Shown: piece by piece, positions 37,827-48,396 of the stretch
How positions within the stretch are numbered: the first letter of the stretch is position 1
Layout: the number at the start of each line of letters is the position of its first letter
DNA from: Saprospiraceae bacterium
Lineage (GTDB): Bacteria; Bacteroidota; Bacteroidia; Chitinophagales; Saprospiraceae
Assembly: GCA_965248155.1 (NCBI GenBank)
Contig: CBDFIO010000001.1
Location: 480,009 to 544,008, forward strand
Direction: 5' to 3'
DNA: 64,000 nucleotides
Translations under genes and position numbers: made by a program
The notes under the pieces: generated by a model
Told to the model about the DNA's origin: nothing
Databases searched by the model: none
Seen by the model: the letters and a program-made list of their open reading frames with translations, nothing else

Positions 37827-38127
37827 CGGTATTATTTTTACTTAGTAATTGTTCAATAGCTGAAATGTGTTTTATGAAAGCTGATTTACCTTGCTTTGTT
37901 GTATAGTATTTTGTATTTGGTTTTCTATCGAGGAATTCCTTCTTGAAAGTGACATACTTGCTTTTTTCTAAATATTTCAGATGGCTAGCGAGATTACCAT
38001 CTGTTACATCCAGTAAATTTTTAAGTGTATTAAAATCTAAATAGTCGTTGACTACCAATGCCGACATGATCGCCAGACGTATTCTGTTTTCAAATGCTTT
38101 ATCTAAGTCTTTTAAAATCTTCTTCAC
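37819..38127 (-). CDS. Small winged-helix transcriptional regulator (ArsR/MarR-like, 102 aa)
   Basis: FENRIRLAIMSALVVNDYLDFNTLKNLLDVTDGNLASHLKYLEKSKYVTFKKEF is a typical wHTH pattern. Confidence 0.65.
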   Translation of the reverse strand: MKKILKDLDKAFENRIRLAIMSALVVNDYLDFNTLKNLLDVTDGNLASHLKYLEKSKYVTFKKEFLDRKPNTKYYTTKQGKSAFIKHISAIEQLLSKNNTDE

Positions 38128-38738
38128 GACTTATATTTCAATTGCATAATTATTCCATAGACGATATGAAGTAGTCCAAATCCAATGGCCCAGATTATTA
38201 ATCCATAACTGATAAAGAAAATACCAAGCAGCCCAAGTAGAATTTGCATCAGACCTAAACTTCTTAATTCATCCAAAGTGTATTTACTGGCATTTATCAA
38301 CGCAAGGCCATAAAATATAAGCGTTAAAGGAATAATTATTCCTATATATCCATGATGTAAAAGCATTAGGCAGAGGATGCCTCCGGTCACCAGTGGTATT
38401 GATAAACTGATGAGTAGTCTTTTTGTTTGAAGGTCCCAAACCTTTAGATTGCGTTTTGCAGTTTCTCTGGTCGTGAAAAAGATACCAGCTGCTAATGTGA
38501 TAATTATTGTTCCGAACGCGATAAGCATTAGATCGATCATGTTTTCATCACTTAGGAAAGTTAGTTGATGATTGAGGTAATCCTGATTACTAAAAATATT
38601 GCGATGGGCAATATAGGCGCCTATCAAGGCTGTTATTCCAGTGGAAATACCTGATATTCCACTCAAAGAAATAAATCGTGAAGATCGGCTCATCATTTCT
38701 TTGATTTCTTTTAGATCTTCTTTGTATTTTTCTTCCAT
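38124..38738 (-). CDS. Multi-TM membrane protein (204 aa)
   Basis: About five hydrophobic helices. 4-bp overlap with the regulator gene. Confidence 0.5.
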   Translation of the reverse strand: MEEKYKEDLKEIKEMMSRSSRFISLSGISGISTGITALIGAYIAHRNIFSNQDYLNHQLTFLSDENMIDLMLIAFGTIIITLAAGIFFTTRETAKRNLKVWDLQTKRLLISLSIPLVTGGILCLMLLHHGYIGIIIPLTLIFYGLALINASKYTLDELRSLGLMQILLGLLGIFFISYGLIIWAIGFGLLHIVYGIIMQLKYKS

Positions 38739-38789
38739 GTAAAAGTACTTTGTATTACAAAATTACTAAATGAAATTGATTCACGCAAA

Positions 38790-39143
38790 TTAATTCCTTG
38801 TGCTTTGATTTGTGTTAAAGCGTGCTATTCCATATTTTAAAATGATGAAGGAAATGAAAACAAGTCCAATGATAGAAGCTATTAAATCATTGAAATCATA
38901 AATATTGTTTCCTCCAAGATTATGGAATTTTAATTCCTGAGTAATCACATATGTTGTTGATAATCCAATACCTAACAATTTCAAGTTTGCATCATTAGCT
39001 TCTCTGAGGAATTTGACATTATTAAATTTTAGAGTTAGAAGGATTAATACCAAAAGACTTGTCCCTAAAATGGCCTCAAAAAAATTAGGTATGGAATAAC
39101 TTATAATTTCTTGTGTCTTGGACAAGTCTCCATTTTGCAACAT
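38790..39143 (-). CDS. Small membrane protein (117 aa)
   Basis: Three hydrophobic segments. No motif recognised. Confidence 0.4.
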   Translation of the reverse strand: MLQNGDLSKTQEIISYSIPNFFEAILGTSLLVLILLTLKFNNVKFLREANDANLKLLGIGLSTTYVITQELKFHNLGGNNIYDFNDLIASIIGLVFISFIILKYGIARFNTNQSTRN

Positions 39144-39241
39144 CTTTCTTATGTAAACTTTATTGATTACAAAAAGGATGAAGCTCAGCCAAAATATAAT
39201 TCTAATGTGATTTTTAATATTATTTGGATTTAAAATTGTTA

Positions 39242-39739
39242 TTACTTCATTCCTTTCTTTATGTGCTTAATGGCCCATTCGTAATGGCTTGAAGTATTTG
39301 ATATTAAATAAGCTCCCAAAGATGTTGTTCCTGTCCATTTGTATTTTTTCTTTTCAAATAATTCCTTGTTTGTATGTCTGTTAATTATTTTCTGAACATC
39401 TAGATATGATTGCTCAATTAAGTCTTTGATAGTATCAATGTCATAGTGCTGATATTCTTCCCAAATTTTTTTGTTTAGATCTGGGAGTGTCGTCCAGCTA
39501 AATCCTTCTGCCGGCATATGCGGTTTCTCACCTATCATTCCTATGTTATACCAGTCCAGCATCATCAAGTGCCAATGGTGTAAATGTGCCAGAATATCTT
39601 TTAAGTTTCTATTGAGCGTACCTTTGGGAAATTGTGTGTTAAGTTCTTCTTTAGTATAGGAGTTTACCAATTCAAAAAGCCTGACAAAATTATGCTGACT
39701 TAGTTTTATAAGCTCGCTTTTGGATTTAGGTTTTGGCAT
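39242..39739 (-). CDS. ClbS/DfsB-family (DinB-like four-helix-bundle) protein
   Basis: Size and blocks (KSELI..L...F..L...V, ILAHLHHWHLMMLDWY, TTSLGAYLISNTSSHYEWA) resemble the DUF1706/ClbS family. Confidence 0.5.
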   Translation of the reverse strand: MPKPKSKSELIKLSQHNFVRLFELVNSYTKEELNTQFPKGTLNRNLKDILAHLHHWHLMMLDWYNIGMIGEKPHMPAEGFSWTTLPDLNKKIWEEYQHYDIDTIKDLIEQSYLDVQKIINRHTNKELFEKKKYKWTGTTSLGAYLISNTSSHYEWAIKHIKKGMK

Positions 39740-39800
39740 TTAGGTATTGACTGTGAATTTAAACAAAAGGAATAATTGTTTTCTTTCTGAAATGTGTTTA

Positions 39801-40369
39801 TTATCTATCTACATTTATATCATACTTGTCCAACAAGCCAGCAACTTCTTGTAAGGAAAAACTTGCGCCTCTAATCCTATTTATTTCAGGGTCTATGGAA
39901 TAGTTGAATGAATTTCTTAGGTCGGCACCTTCCAGATTTGTTCTTTCGAATTTTGCATTTAGCAAATCGCAGTGCGTTATTTCAATATTTACTATTTCTG
40001 CTTCAGTAAAATCGACTCCTTGTAGTTGAGAATTGTTAAAGGATAATCTCTTGATTTTCATCTGATAAAAAGTTGAATAATTCAGGATACATGCATCAAA
40101 AACTCCTGAGAATCCAATTGGATTACACATATCAAACTGCAAACCTAACATTTTACAGGTAAAGAACTTTATATTTTGAAATGAAGTTTTATGAATTGAG
40201 GCATTGCTCAGATTACATTCATGAAATTCAGAATCCAAAAACTTAAATTCCGAAAGATCAAAATCTGAAAAATCACAATTTTAAAAATACAATTTTCGTA
40301 TTCTCCTTTAGTAAATGGACTCTTTAAACTATCAATCCCATCGAATGTTCTTTCGTTTATATACTCCAA
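39801..40369 (-). pseudogene. Cytoplasmic pentapeptide-repeat protein, frameshifted
   Basis: The ORF track has only 39801-40238. Upstream, a TTG-initiated frame (40369) encodes EYINERTFDGIDSLKSPFTKGEYENCIFK. One extra A in the A4 run (T4 at 40279-40282 on the plus strand) gives ...CIFKNCDFSDFDLSEFKFLDSEFHECNLSNA, a continuous pentapeptide pattern. Confidence 0.65.
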
Positions 40370-40407
40370 ATGTGTCGAATTGTTATTTTATTAGGGCTTT
40401 AATTAAT

Positions 40408-40821
40408 TCATTTATGTTGAAGTCTATTAAGGTAGATGTAATTAGTGATAATCCCAACAAATGATATAGCCATCCACATGAGTAAGTAGGCTCTTTCTTC
40501 GTTATTATTGAATCCCTGATAAGTCCATATTGTGAAATTGGAAATTAGTATAATATAGAAAAATGCTGATTGACGCAGATGGTCTTTTAAACCAGGATTA
40601 GTCAGCTTTTCTATTCTTAAAAGAAGCATACTGGCTATCCAATAAATAGGAATCCCAGTAAGTAGGATAATACATGAAAAGAAAATAAACCCTGGGAAGT
40701 CTATAACTCCATGATATTCTCCCAGAACACCTATTTTCCTGGCTATAGTTTCTGCACCTACTGCAATGGCTGTCATTGGAAAAAGTAGAGCAACATAGAT
40801 AAATGGAGTAAACCATTTCAT
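40408..40821 (-). CDS. Four-TM membrane protein
   Basis: Hydrophobic ORF. The start was chosen at the internal Met (MKWFTPF...), which removes the overlap with the upstream gene. Confidence 0.45.
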   Translation of the reverse strand: MKWFTPFIYVALLFPMTAIAVGAETIARKIGVLGEYHGVIDFPGFIFFSCIILLTGIPIYWIASMLLLRIEKLTNPGLKDHLRQSAFFYIILISNFTIWTYQGFNNNEERAYLLMWMAISFVGIITNYIYLNRLQHK

Positions 40822-41300
40822 ATCAAAAGCTTTGACATATTTATTAATTCTTATAAGGTATAGATATTTCCATAACCCCGAGAGGCATTTCATCATTTAG
40901 AAGCTCAACTTGTTCATCAAATGATTTCATGTCTTCATCAAAAAACACCGCTTTCGAGTACGCCATCACAATTTCACAAATGGCTTCATATCCTATCTGC
41001 GCTTCTTTTCCCCCTCTTGACCAACTTTGAACATTGTTGGTCCGTAATAGGCCTGGTATCATTCCCTCAATAACATTAAAATTGCCATGTGATAACTCAT
41101 TGAATGAAAAATAACGGGAATCAGGATGCATTATATCATACATTTCCGGAGGAGTCCTCTGTCTTCCATTTGTTCCAATTTTTTCAGATAAGATGAGATA
41201 TGGAATGTTGATGTTTTCAGGCTTAATTCTTTTGGATAATTCTTTGCCAAGATATACCCCATTTGAAAACCCAATAGAACTTAAACCAACAACTAGTTTA

Positions 41301-42330
41301 ACGTGAGTTCGATGTAAGACTAGGCCAAAAGGAGTTGTTTGGTATCGACCAGATTCTTATAAATGGAGGGTTTAGATTCTTTAAACCCGTAGGCACAAAG
41401 TCCACCAAGTATATTGACGAAAAATCCGGCAAAGGAACGATGCCTTGTATGTTCGATCTGTGAAATATTTTTGAGTTGGTCAATAATGGTTTCAGAGATA
41501 GCAAGTTTTCGGAGCAGAAGAGCATCCTGTAGGGGTGTAATCATTTTGGATTTCATATTCCGTCTCAACTTAGTAATCAAATGAATACCTCTCAAGAAAA
41601 GAGTGTCAAAGATTTGCTTGTTGACAATATAGCCTTTATCACCGAACAACCGGCCATAGACCTTCTTCATAAACCGTTTACACTTCAATACGGCATTATC
41701 ATGCACATTGCCCGGAGTGAGTTGAAAATCAATCACTTCGCCCCGGTCATTATGAACCAGATGAAGTTTGAAACCATAAAACCAACCCTTTGAAGTCTTG
41801 CCTCGTTTGGCCAGTCCAGCAAACACCTTGTGGGAATGAATCCTTCGATTGTGACAGACCCGGATACTGGTTGAATCAATAAAGGATATCCCACTACATT
41901 TACCCATTCGGTACATCTTTACAAACAAGGCTAATGGTAGGACCGCTTTGGTTTGCAACTCCACCATCCGATTATAAGATACCAGATTGGGAAAATAGCC
42001 GCGCATATGTTGGCAGACATGATTCTGGTAAAAGTGCTTAAAGCAACGGTATCCACTCATATGAAAAAATACGATGATGCTCATCACCTCGCTCATGGAT
42101 AACCTGCAGGTACGATTCCGTCGATTTTTCTTTCCCTCTAGGGTATGAGATTTTTAAAAGTGATCGAAATCGGTGAAAAAATCATCGAAAGCACAGAAAA
42201 TTGCAATAATTTGACTATCTTTCATAGTAGAGCTTTTTTGTTTTAATTAATTGATTATCAACTATTAAGATAAACAAAATTGCTCTTTCTTTTTATCCTA
42301 TTTTTCCACTTCCTTACGTCGAACTCACGT
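41301..42330 (-). mobile_element. IS982-family insertion sequence (1030 bp) with 7-bp target-site duplication TAGTTTA
   Basis: Inverted repeats ACGTGAGTTCGATGTAAG (41301-41318) and CTTACGTCGAACTCACGT (42313-42330), with 1 mismatch. TAGTTTA occurs at 41294-41300 and 42331-42337. Confidence 0.9.
41320..42225 (-). pseudogene. IS982-family DDE transposase with an in-frame TAA at codon 24
   Basis: From the ATG at 42225 the frame reads MKDSQIIAIFCAFDDFFTDFDHF*KSHTLEGKKNRRNRTCRLSMSEVMSIIVFFHMSGYRCFKHFY..., with the stop at 42156-42154. The remainder (..DSTSIRVCHN..GFKLHLV..DKGYI..) is IS982-like. Confidence 0.8.
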
Positions 42331-43052
42331 TAGTTTAATATTCGGATTACTCATCTGAGTGAGGACAGCTGACTCTCCGGCATAACTCCAGGAAAGAATT
42401 CCAATCTTTTCTTCATCAATATACTCCTGTTGTTGTAGGTAATCGATTGCGATATTCAGAATGTTAATTTGATTATTGAGCGCCTCTGGCTTTTCTTCAG
42501 CTGATTCTATAGCCCATGGGAAAGCTTGATTTGGAATGGTTTCCGCATAGGCGATTACAAAACCGTAACTGGCCAGATATTCAGAAATCTGATTCTGGTA
42601 TTCTATGGTTCCATTTCTCATACTCCAGATTAGAAGAGGGAATTTCCCATTTCTAATATCGACCTCTTTACAAGCCATCATGCGGGAATTGAGGATCATA
42701 GATAATGTATCTGAGCTAAATTGATCTTCATCACCGCTTATACCTATAGATAAGGCTTTATACATTTCAAACTGACTGAGTAGGCCTTTGTAGTTGAAAT
42801 ATTCAGAGAACTTAATTTTCTCTGTGCCAGAATCTGAAGGGTACCATATTCTTATTGATAAAGACTCAAAAAGATCATTGTTCAATACATGTATAGTTGT
42901 TTCTTTAGTTCCTATCTCATATTGACCAAATACATGATTGCCATTTAAGTTAAAATCTAACTGAGCTACTAATGGTTTATTGAGTAATGAGCAGAAGAAG
43001 GTGCACAGAAGAATTAGATATATATTGAATTTGGGGCTCTTCAATTTTGTTA

Positions 43053-43553
43053 TTATTTTATTCTCGTATCATGAAAACCGGCTCTTTTCCAGGTACTGGC
43101 TTCTTTAATCCAAACATTTGTAATTCTAAATTCGTTTTCTTTTTGTTCATTATTTCTAATACTTGAAAATGAAATTTTTGCTGTAACAATTGCCATGTCA
43201 TCGTAGATTGCGATTTCTGTTTCACCCATCTGGTATTTGTCAATAACTAGATCACCGCTTGATAACTCCGTTTTTCTCTTTTTTAAATATTTCAACCATT
43301 CATTTCTTCCTATAGCTTTTGAATTGCTATTCGTATGTAGATAATTAATAGTGATCATTTTTTCTAACTTCTCCATATGACCATCTCTGAAAGCGATATT
43401 AAATTCTTGAACCCTTTTCAACAATATTTCTTTTTCATTATTTAGCTGAACGTCTTTCTTAATTTCGTTTTGACACCCATAGGATGAAAGTGTCACTATT
43501 AGAAGAGCCAGAAGATAAGTACTTAATGAAATATTGGATTTTGAAAAATACAT
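43053..43553 (-). CDS. NTF2/SnoaL-like (DUF4440-type) lipoprotein
   Basis: Lipobox LSSYGC. The C-terminal pattern (..FRITNVWIKEASTWKRAGFH) is typical of DUF4440-like proteins. Confidence 0.45.
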   Translation of the reverse strand: MYFSKSNISLSTYLLALLIVTLSSYGCQNEIKKDVQLNNEKEILLKRVQEFNIAFRDGHMEKLEKMITINYLHTNSNSKAIGRNEWLKYLKKRKTELSSGDLVIDKYQMGETEIAIYDDMAIVTAKISFSSIRNNEQKENEFRITNVWIKEASTWKRAGFHDTRIK

Positions 43554-43580
43554 TTACAGTTGTTATGTGCTTAATTAGGT

Positions 43581-43982
43581 TCAGTTCAAATGGCGAACCA
43601 TATTTTTATTGAATAATATTTTTCTGAAATCAGCAGGTTTCTTATCGTTCATTAACTTCAAAGGTCCCTTATCTTCTATTAATTCTCCAAAGTGATCTTC
43701 ACGCAAATCATACTGCTTCTGATGAGCGAAAGTCGTGATTAGCATTATTTGAAAAGGAGCATCTTCTGTACTTTGAGTTTCCAGTAGTTGGTATGATGCA
43801 ATGTATTCTTTTTCTATAGCCATATCCCTTAATACTTTCCAATTATTTTGATAGTAGTATATGGTTTCATCTTTATTATCATTCAGAATCTGTACAAAAT
43901 CAATCGTTGTGATTCTATCATCAACTTGACCATAAGACAAATAATTAAAATTTAATGCGATCAACAATAGTAAGATTTTCAT
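43581..43982 (-). CDS. Hypothetical secreted protein (133 aa)
   Basis: Signal peptide. No motif recognised. Confidence 0.45.
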   Translation of the reverse strand: MKILLLLIALNFNYLSYGQVDDRITTIDFVQILNDNKDETIYYYQNNWKVLRDMAIEKEYIASYQLLETQSTEDAPFQIMLITTFAHQKQYDLREDHFGELIEDKGPLKLMNDKKPADFRKILFNKNMVRHLN

Positions 43983-44035
43983 AGTATCGATTTAGTGTAA
44001 TTGTAACTAATTAATTATAAAAGATTATTTGCCTA

Positions 44036-45307
44036 CTAATCAGCTGTCTGTTTCTTTATTCTATACATTCGAAAATAAACCCAAGAAGAAAGCCCTCCAA
44101 TAAATGAGAATAAAGCCAACATCCAGAAGACATGCTGATGCCCCTCCACACCTGGTGAGTTATCGAGAAGATATCCCATTACCGGACCAGCGAATATATC
44201 TGGTGTGTATCCTACGAGAGAAATGAGACCTACAGCAGTCCCAGTTAGGATCAAAGGAATCTTACCACGTTCCATAACTGCGAAATAAAGTGAACGAGCA
44301 GCATAAACTCCGGTAGCCACAATGACGATGGAAATAAAAAACAATGTTGTTGCCGAAGCTGAGATAATACCAGTTGCAAACAGTAGAGCTCCTAGAAAAG
44401 AAATGATGAAACTGACGATTAACCAGAATGTAATCTGTGTTTTATCTGCCAATATTCCTATTGAAACACCAACTATCGGTCTTATCGAAAGAAGTAAAGT
44501 ACCAACTTGTGCAGATTGAACTTGGTCATATAACATCACATCTTGTGCGTAAAGAGAGAACACATCTGTAATCTTATATCCTACATATGCACACAGAATG
44601 ATGACCATTAGCAACCATACGGACGGAAGAGATAGCACCTCTTTTATTTGAGAAGTAGAAATTCTATCGAGGAGAATGTCCTTTTCCTTTAGCTGATCCA
44701 GTCTCATAAAAAACCAAGCTAATAATCCTATGATACTCACAATTCCTGAGGACACGAGAATAACTTGTCTAAATGCAGCTCTGCTTTCTGTCAGGCTTAC
44801 ATCGGAAATGTTTGAACCGATGAATAATGAAAAGATAAAGACACCTAAAGCTCCAAACATAGCACCTACTAATCCACGACCACCATCCAGAAAGCCAAAT
44901 GCCTTACCCTGTGATTTGCTTCCTCCCCAAACACGAGTCGCTTTTATCATTGGAGCCCAAAAAAGGAATATAGTGGTGAAACCCCAATAGCCATACAAGA
45001 TTTTCAAAACTGTAAAACTTGGAAAACTGGCATAGACCAACCCTCCTAATGCTGTCATCCACAATGCCACAGCAATCAATTTTCGCGGTGGATATTTATC
45101 AGCTATCGGACCACCGATAAGATATGAGAACAGAGCAACAATTCCATACACAGAAAAGCAAAGCCCCAACTGTAAATTATCAAGCCCGAAAGCATCTAAA
45201 ACTGTAGGTCGGAAGACACGTGCTAACACGAATGGGAGGATGAAAACGGACTCCCCAGCAAGTATCAATAATAACAAAAAATACCAAGGTGCTTTTTTTT
45301 GAGGCAT
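44036..45307 (-). CDS. MFS transporter
   Basis: About 12 TM helices in a 6+6 arrangement with a central loop, and an MFS-type motif around GPIADKYPPRKL. Confidence 0.75.
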   Translation of the reverse strand: MPQKKAPWYFLLLLILAGESVFILPFVLARVFRPTVLDAFGLDNLQLGLCFSVYGIVALFSYLIGGPIADKYPPRKLIAVALWMTALGGLVYASFPSFTVLKILYGYWGFTTIFLFWAPMIKATRVWGGSKSQGKAFGFLDGGRGLVGAMFGALGVFIFSLFIGSNISDVSLTESRAAFRQVILVSSGIVSIIGLLAWFFMRLDQLKEKDILLDRISTSQIKEVLSLPSVWLLMVIILCAYVGYKITDVFSLYAQDVMLYDQVQSAQVGTLLLSIRPIVGVSIGILADKTQITFWLIVSFIISFLGALLFATGIISASATTLFFISIVIVATGVYAARSLYFAVMERGKIPLILTGTAVGLISLVGYTPDIFAGPVMGYLLDNSPGVEGHQHVFWMLALFSFIGGLSSWVYFRMYRIKKQTAD

Positions 45308-45488
45308 TGAGAATAATGTTTATAACTAGGTTTTAAATGTGCATTGTTTAAAGAGGTCGATAACTTTGATCCGTTTAATTGTATATTGATTTAAATGCCT
45401 GCTTTACTTTAGCCTAAGTTACAATTTCATTTAAATACTCAATAACCAAAAATTCGATTTTTAGTAGCTTAGACTATGATTACAGGTT

Positions 45489-46799
45489 ATGAATATGGAT
45501 TCTGAGTTCAAAGCAATAGAAATTCTAAAGAGCAATTGGCGTAATGGATTTACTATTCCTACCGCAAATTTGTATCCCTTTCAATGGCTATGGGATTCCG
45601 GTTTTGTAGCAATGGGTGCCGGTCATTTTAATCTACAAAAATCCATGACGGAGTTGTCTAGTATGTTCGCCAGTCAATGGAAAAATGGCTTCTTACCTCA
45701 TATCGTATTCCACAGTGAGACGGAAAGCAGCTATTTCCCAAATTGGGATTTTTGGAATAGCAATATCAATCCGGGTGCTCCTGTCAAACCCAAATCCTCC
45801 GGGATTACTCAACCCCCGGTGATTGGTTTTATACTTCAGGAACTTTGGAAATACAATAGTGATAGTGAAGAACTGAAACTTTTTATAAAAGAGCTATTTC
45901 CTAAAGTTGTTTCATATCATCGGTTTTTATACGACTATAGGGATCGCGACAGAGAAGGTTTGTTCTATATGTTTCATCCCTGGGAGTCCGGACGTGATAA
46001 CTCACCAGTTTGGGATGAAGCATTGAATTCCATTGTAATAAATGATGGAGATATTCCAGATTATAAAAGAAGAGACCTTCAGATAGCAAATGTAAATGAA
46101 CGACCAACGAATGATAAATATGATCGATACGTATATCTTTTGGAGTTGGGAAAAAGGCATAGATATGATGGCAAAGCCATAGCTGATGAAAGTCCCTTTC
46201 TCATTCAAGATTGTATGATGAATGCTATTCTTATTAAATCAAATAGGGCGCTTATTGAATTGGCTGAAGAACTTGGTTTGGATTCATCTGAGATCAAAGA
46301 ATGGCAAAGCAATTCTGAAAAAAATTTCAATTCTAAATTTTGGAACGAAAAATTGGGGTTCTATACTTGTTATGATCAAAGATCGGAAAAGCAGCTTACG
46401 CTAAAAGAGGTGGGCGGGCTTGTTCCTCTGTTCTCGAACTCTGCAAACGACAGCCAAGCAAATAAGTTGGCAGACTATCTAAGACGACTACATGACAATG
46501 GTTATTACTTATGTCCGAGTTTTGACCCCGATCATAAACTTTTTGATTCAAAACGATATTGGAGAGGTCCGGTATGGCCACAGATGAATTGGATGATTTA
46601 TGAAGGATTAATCAATTATTCATATGATGAGTTGGCCCAATTTGTTAAAAATGATTTGTTGGATTTAATCGATAAATTAGGATTTTATGAATATTTTGAA
46701 TCTGACAAAAACAAAGCTAAATCTTTGAATAGAGGCTATGGAGGAAACAATTTTTCTTGGACCGCATCTACCTATTTGATGTTTAATAATAAGAATTAA
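45489..46799 (+). CDS. GH63/MGH1-like (alpha/alpha)6-barrel glycoside hydrolase (glucosyl-/mannosylglycerate-hydrolase-like)
   Basis: YPFQWLWDSGFVAMG, FHPWESGRDNSPVWD, and RYWRGPVWPQMNWMIYEGL resemble the MGH/GH63 family blocks. Confidence 0.55.
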   Translation: MNMDSEFKAIEILKSNWRNGFTIPTANLYPFQWLWDSGFVAMGAGHFNLQKSMTELSSMFASQWKNGFLPHIVFHSETESSYFPNWDFWNSNINPGAPVKPKSSGITQPPVIGFILQELWKYNSDSEELKLFIKELFPKVVSYHRFLYDYRDRDREGLFYMFHPWESGRDNSPVWDEALNSIVINDGDIPDYKRRDLQIANVNERPTNDKYDRYVYLLELGKRHRYDGKAIADESPFLIQDCMMNAILIKSNRALIELAEELGLDSSEIKEWQSNSEKNFNSKFWNEKLGFYTCYDQRSEKQLTLKEVGGLVPLFSNSANDSQANKLADYLRRLHDNGYYLCPSFDPDHKLFDSKRYWRGPVWPQMNWMIYEGLINYSYDELAQFVKNDLLDLIDKLGFYEYFESDKNKAKSLNRGYGGNNFSWTASTYLMFNNKN

Positions 46800-48367
46800 A
46801 TGAATTATATAGACTATTGTGTAATTGTATCCTATATCATTGGCTTCCTGCTATTGGGAAGACTATTTAAAGACAATAAGGATAAAAAGGATTACTTTCT
46901 TGGAGGTAAAAATTTTGGCTGGTTTCCACTTTCACTGAGCACTATTGCCACACAATTATCTGCAATAAGTTTTTTCTCTGCACCAGCTTTTGTTGGTCTA
47001 AAAGAAGGCGGAGGAATGATGTGGCTTACATATGAATTTGCTGTTCCATTGGCCATGTTATTTTTAATGGTTTTTCTGATACCACCAATGTATAAGGCTG
47101 GTGTTGTTAGTGTTTATTCTTTTCTTGAAAATCGCTTTGGAGTCTCTACAAGAGTATTGGTTAGTGGAGTCTTTCAAGTCAGCCGAGCATTTGGAACCAG
47201 TGTTATGGTTTATACAGTTGCGCTCATCCTTACAAGTGTTATGTCTATCCCAATGTGGCAGACGATTTTGATTATTGGTGTCGTGACATTAATATATTCT
47301 TATCAGGGGGAATGAAAGCAGTCGTCTATGGCGATATGATTCAAATGATCATTCTTTTCGTCGGGATAATAATTTGTCTCTTTGCAGGAATATATCATTT
47401 AGGAGGTTGGTCAGAATTTATTACAAATATTGACAGGCCGCGATTGACTGCAGTCAATTTTAATTCAATGGGATTTCAGAAAGGGAAGGAATTCGGATTT
47501 TGGCCTATGCTTATAGGTGGATTTTTCTTGTATGCATCCTATTATGGTACAGACCAGAGTCAAGTACAGAGATTATTTTCAGCTAAAGACATGGGGACAG
47601 TTAAGAAGACATTGATGTTTAATGGGCTATTAAGATTTCCTATCACTTTTATCTACTGTCTGATGGGATTGGTTGTCGGGACTTTGGTGCTTACTCAGAC
47701 TTCTTTTGCATCAGCTATTCCTGTCGATAAGCCCGATTTAATGATTCCTATTTTTATCAGGGATTACTTGCCTCATGGGGTCATAGGAATATTATTGGTG
47801 GCCATATTATCAGCTGCTATGTCTTCACTAAGCTCTGCTATAAATTCATTGAGCGCTGCTACAGTTGAAGATTTTTTCAACCGGGACAATCAACTATCTT
47901 CTAAAAAGTATTTGGGTATCTCAAAACTCGCTGCCATCTTTTGGGGTGTAGTATGTATTGTGCTGGCCTTTTTTACCGGTGATATTGCAAAGACCGTAAT
48001 TGAAGCGATTATTAAAGTTGGATCAGTATTTTATGGGCCGATTTTGGCCACATTTATAGCTGCTATTGCCTTCCGTCGAATAAATACCATTGGAGCCAAT
48101 ATTGGCATCCTTGCTGGAGTTGCAGTCAACGTTTACCTATGGTTGTTTGTACCGGAAGTGTTCTGGTTCTGGTGGAATGCCGTCGGTGCACTAGTAACAT
48201 TATTTGTAGGCTTAGCTGTAAGTATGATTTTTAAAGATCATCAAGCTAAAAGTTCGAAAGAGATGTCCTCTTTTGGTATGACTTGGGATAAAACGAAAAC
48301 CATTATCCTAGTTTCATTCTTTATTTTGATAGTCGTCTTTAGCTACTTTTTTGATAAGCTTTTTTAA
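46800..48367 (+). pseudogene. Sodium:solute symporter (SSS) family transporter, frameshifted at a G5 run
   Basis: ORFs 46800-47315 and 47255-48367 overlap. One extra G in GGGGG (47306-47310) gives ..TLIYSYQGGMKAVVYGDMIQMI.., the conserved SSS block (GGmkAV.wtD..Q). Confidence 0.8.
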
Positions 48368-48396
48368 GTAAAGTCTATACTTGAATATAAGTTGGA

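Larger units (their letters stand above)
40844..43044 (-). pseudogene. Secreted alpha/beta-hydrolase-like protein (387 aa when reconstructed) split by the IS982-family insertion
   Basis: ORF 42325-43044 reads ...MSNPNIKL into the IS. After removing 41301-42330 and one TAGTTTA copy, the frame continues without a stop (..IKLVVGLSSIGFSNGVYLGKELSKRIKPENINIPYLILSEKIGTNGRQRTPPE) into ORF 40844-41143 (MYDIMHPDS...). It has a signal peptide and a nucleophile-elbow-like SWSYAG. Confidence 0.8.

Noticed and set aside
40598-40816. 72-aa ORF in another frame of the membrane-protein gene 40408-40821, and the apparent 53-bp overlap of ORF 40408-40896 with the hydrolase 3' end
   Set aside because: The alternative frame is Cys/Ser/Arg-rich with no features. 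The overlap disappears if the membrane protein starts at its internal Met (40821).
41298-41525. 75-aa ORF overlapping the 3' end of the IS982 transposase gene
   Set aside because: It is an alternative frame of the transposase region and crosses the IS terminal repeat. Most likely spurious.
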